DNA of 64,000 nucleotides from Escherichia coli (GTDB lineage Bacteria; Pseudomonadota; Gammaproteobacteria; Enterobacterales; Enterobacteriaceae): NCBI RefSeq assembly GCF_044324875.1, contig NZ_CP172185.1; one strand, 5' to 3'. Shown piece by piece: positions 62,877 to 64,000 of this stretch (position 1 is its first letter; each line of letters starts with the position of its first letter). The notes under the pieces were generated by a model. It saw only the letters and a program-made list of their open reading frames with translations, ran no database searches and was not told where the DNA came from. The position numbers and the translations under genes were made by a program.

Positions 62877-63068
62877 AAACTAATATTAGACGTAAATATT
62901 GAAATTTTTATATTTTTTCTTATTTAGGCTTTGCATTTGGCAAAATTTTGAGGCATTTTGCCGGCATCGCAGGATTTTTAATATTACACCAACTGCTAAT
63001 TATCGCCAGAAATGTCGCTCAATTTCACGGTAATTGTCTGGTTGCGCTTGTCTATAGGTGGAGTTTAC

Positions 63069-63671
63069 GTGTTAGCTTTTTGCCGCTCTTCGTTGAAGTC
63101 AAAAAAATATTTCATCATTTTACTGGCGCTCGCTGCAATTGCCGGACTGGGTACTCATGCCGCCTGGAGTAGCAATGGTTTGCCACGTATCGACAATAAA
63201 ACGCTGGCCAGACTGGCACAGCAGCATCCGGTTGTCGTTTTGTTTCGCCATGCTGAACGTTGCGATCGTTCAACCAATCAATGCTTGTCAGATAAAACAG
63301 GTATTACGGTCAAAGGTACCCAGGATGCCCGTGAACTGGGCAACGCTTTTAGTGCTGATATCCCTGATTTCGATCTTTATTCCAGTAATACCGTCCGGAC
63401 CATTCAGTCGGCGACCTGGTTTTCAGCGGGTAAAAAGCTGACGGTAGATAAACGACTTCTTCAGTGCGGTAATGAGATTTATAGTGCAATTAAGGACTTA
63501 CAAAGCAAAGCGCCTGATAAAAATATCGTTATTTTCACCCATAATCATTGCCTGACATATATTGCTAAAGATAAGCGTGATGCGACATTTAAACCTGATT
63601 ATCTGGATGGTTTAGTCATGCATGTGGAAAAAGGCAAAGTTTATCTGGATGGGGAATTCGTTAACCACTAA
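63069..63671 (+). CDS. ais: lipopolysaccharide core heptose(II)-phosphate phosphatase Ais (histidine phosphatase family)
   Basis: 200 aa from GTG at 63069 ([22 protein letters not shown]...), signal peptide; RHAER motif; divergent from arnB. Confidence 0.75.
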   Translation: MLAFCRSSLKSKKYFIILLALAAIAGLGTHAAWSSNGLPRIDNKTLARLAQQHPVVVLFRHAERCDRSTNQCLSDKTGITVKGTQDARELGNAFSADIPDFDLYSSNTVRTIQSATWFSAGKKLTVDKRLLQCGNEIYSAIKDLQSKAPDKNIVIFTHNHCLTYIAKDKRDATFKPDYLDGLVMHVEKGKVYLDGEFVNH

Positions 63672-63709
63672 ATTTTCAATCTGACAGCCAGTAATGGCTG
63701 TCATCATTA

Positions 63710-64000
63710 TTACAGAAGACCTTTCAAACGTAACGTTTTTCGGGTGGCGACATTCAAATCATAGTGCGCCAGATCTTCAGGTTTTACCCACGCGTAGTCC
63801 TGAAACTCTTCGTTTATTTTCACTTCTCGGTTGGCAGAAACGCAGTCAAAAATCAGGTAAATCATATAAATCTCTTCCTTGCGACCATCTGCATACGTCT
63901 TGGTGCGAATATCATCGCTGAAGGTCCACGGCGTGATTTCTGTCAAAAGCAGCTGTTCTCCCAGTTCTTCGCGAATTTCGCGGCGTAGTGCCTCTTCAAT
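63710..64000 (-). CDS. nudI: Nudix hydrolase NudI, 3' portion (start lies beyond the right edge)
   Basis: Minus-strand ORF ending at 63710 and open to the window edge; C-terminal sequence ...[32 protein letters not shown]; position next to ais. Confidence 0.6.

Noticed and set aside
62940-63068. Possible second PmrA box for ais on the plus strand
   Set aside because: I could not find a convincing hexamer-N5-hexamer repeat on the ais side; the arnB-proximal box may serve, or a PWM scan is needed

Overview
This 64 kb window reads as a contiguous, gene-dense stretch of an Escherichia coli-type chromosome (the K-12 51-52 min region), with about 60 genes and almost no unassigned coding space. Order, left to right: folC (3' end), dedD, cvpA-purF-ubiX, argT-hisJQMP, rpnB, yfcH-folX, yfcG/yfcF, yfcE, yfcD, yfcC, pta-ackA (minus strand), yfbV, yfbU, yfbT, yfbS, yfbR, alaA, lrhA, the complete nuoA-N operon, yfbM, yfbL, elaD, rbn, elaA, elaB, menFDHBCE, pmrD, arnBCADTEF (minus strand), ais and the 3' part of nudI. 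Gene calls rest on the supplied ORF translations (lengths, catalytic motifs, N-terminal sequences) and on my recollection of the K-12 gene order; no database search was run. I found no CRISPR array, tRNA/rRNA gene, prophage, integrase or intact insertion sequence, and I do not see evidence for a previously undescribed system. The points most worth a second look are: nuoN abutting yfbM and yfbL abutting elaD, where I recall K-12 carrying yfbN-yfbO-yfbP and yfbK; the strongly AT-rich elaD gene and the palindrome-bearing 390 bp spacer beside it; a three-unit tandem REP/BIME array after dedD; and recognisable regulator boxes (PurR before cvpA, a PmrA/BasR-type box before arnB, an NtrC-type palindrome and a sigma54-like promoter in the argT/hisJ region).
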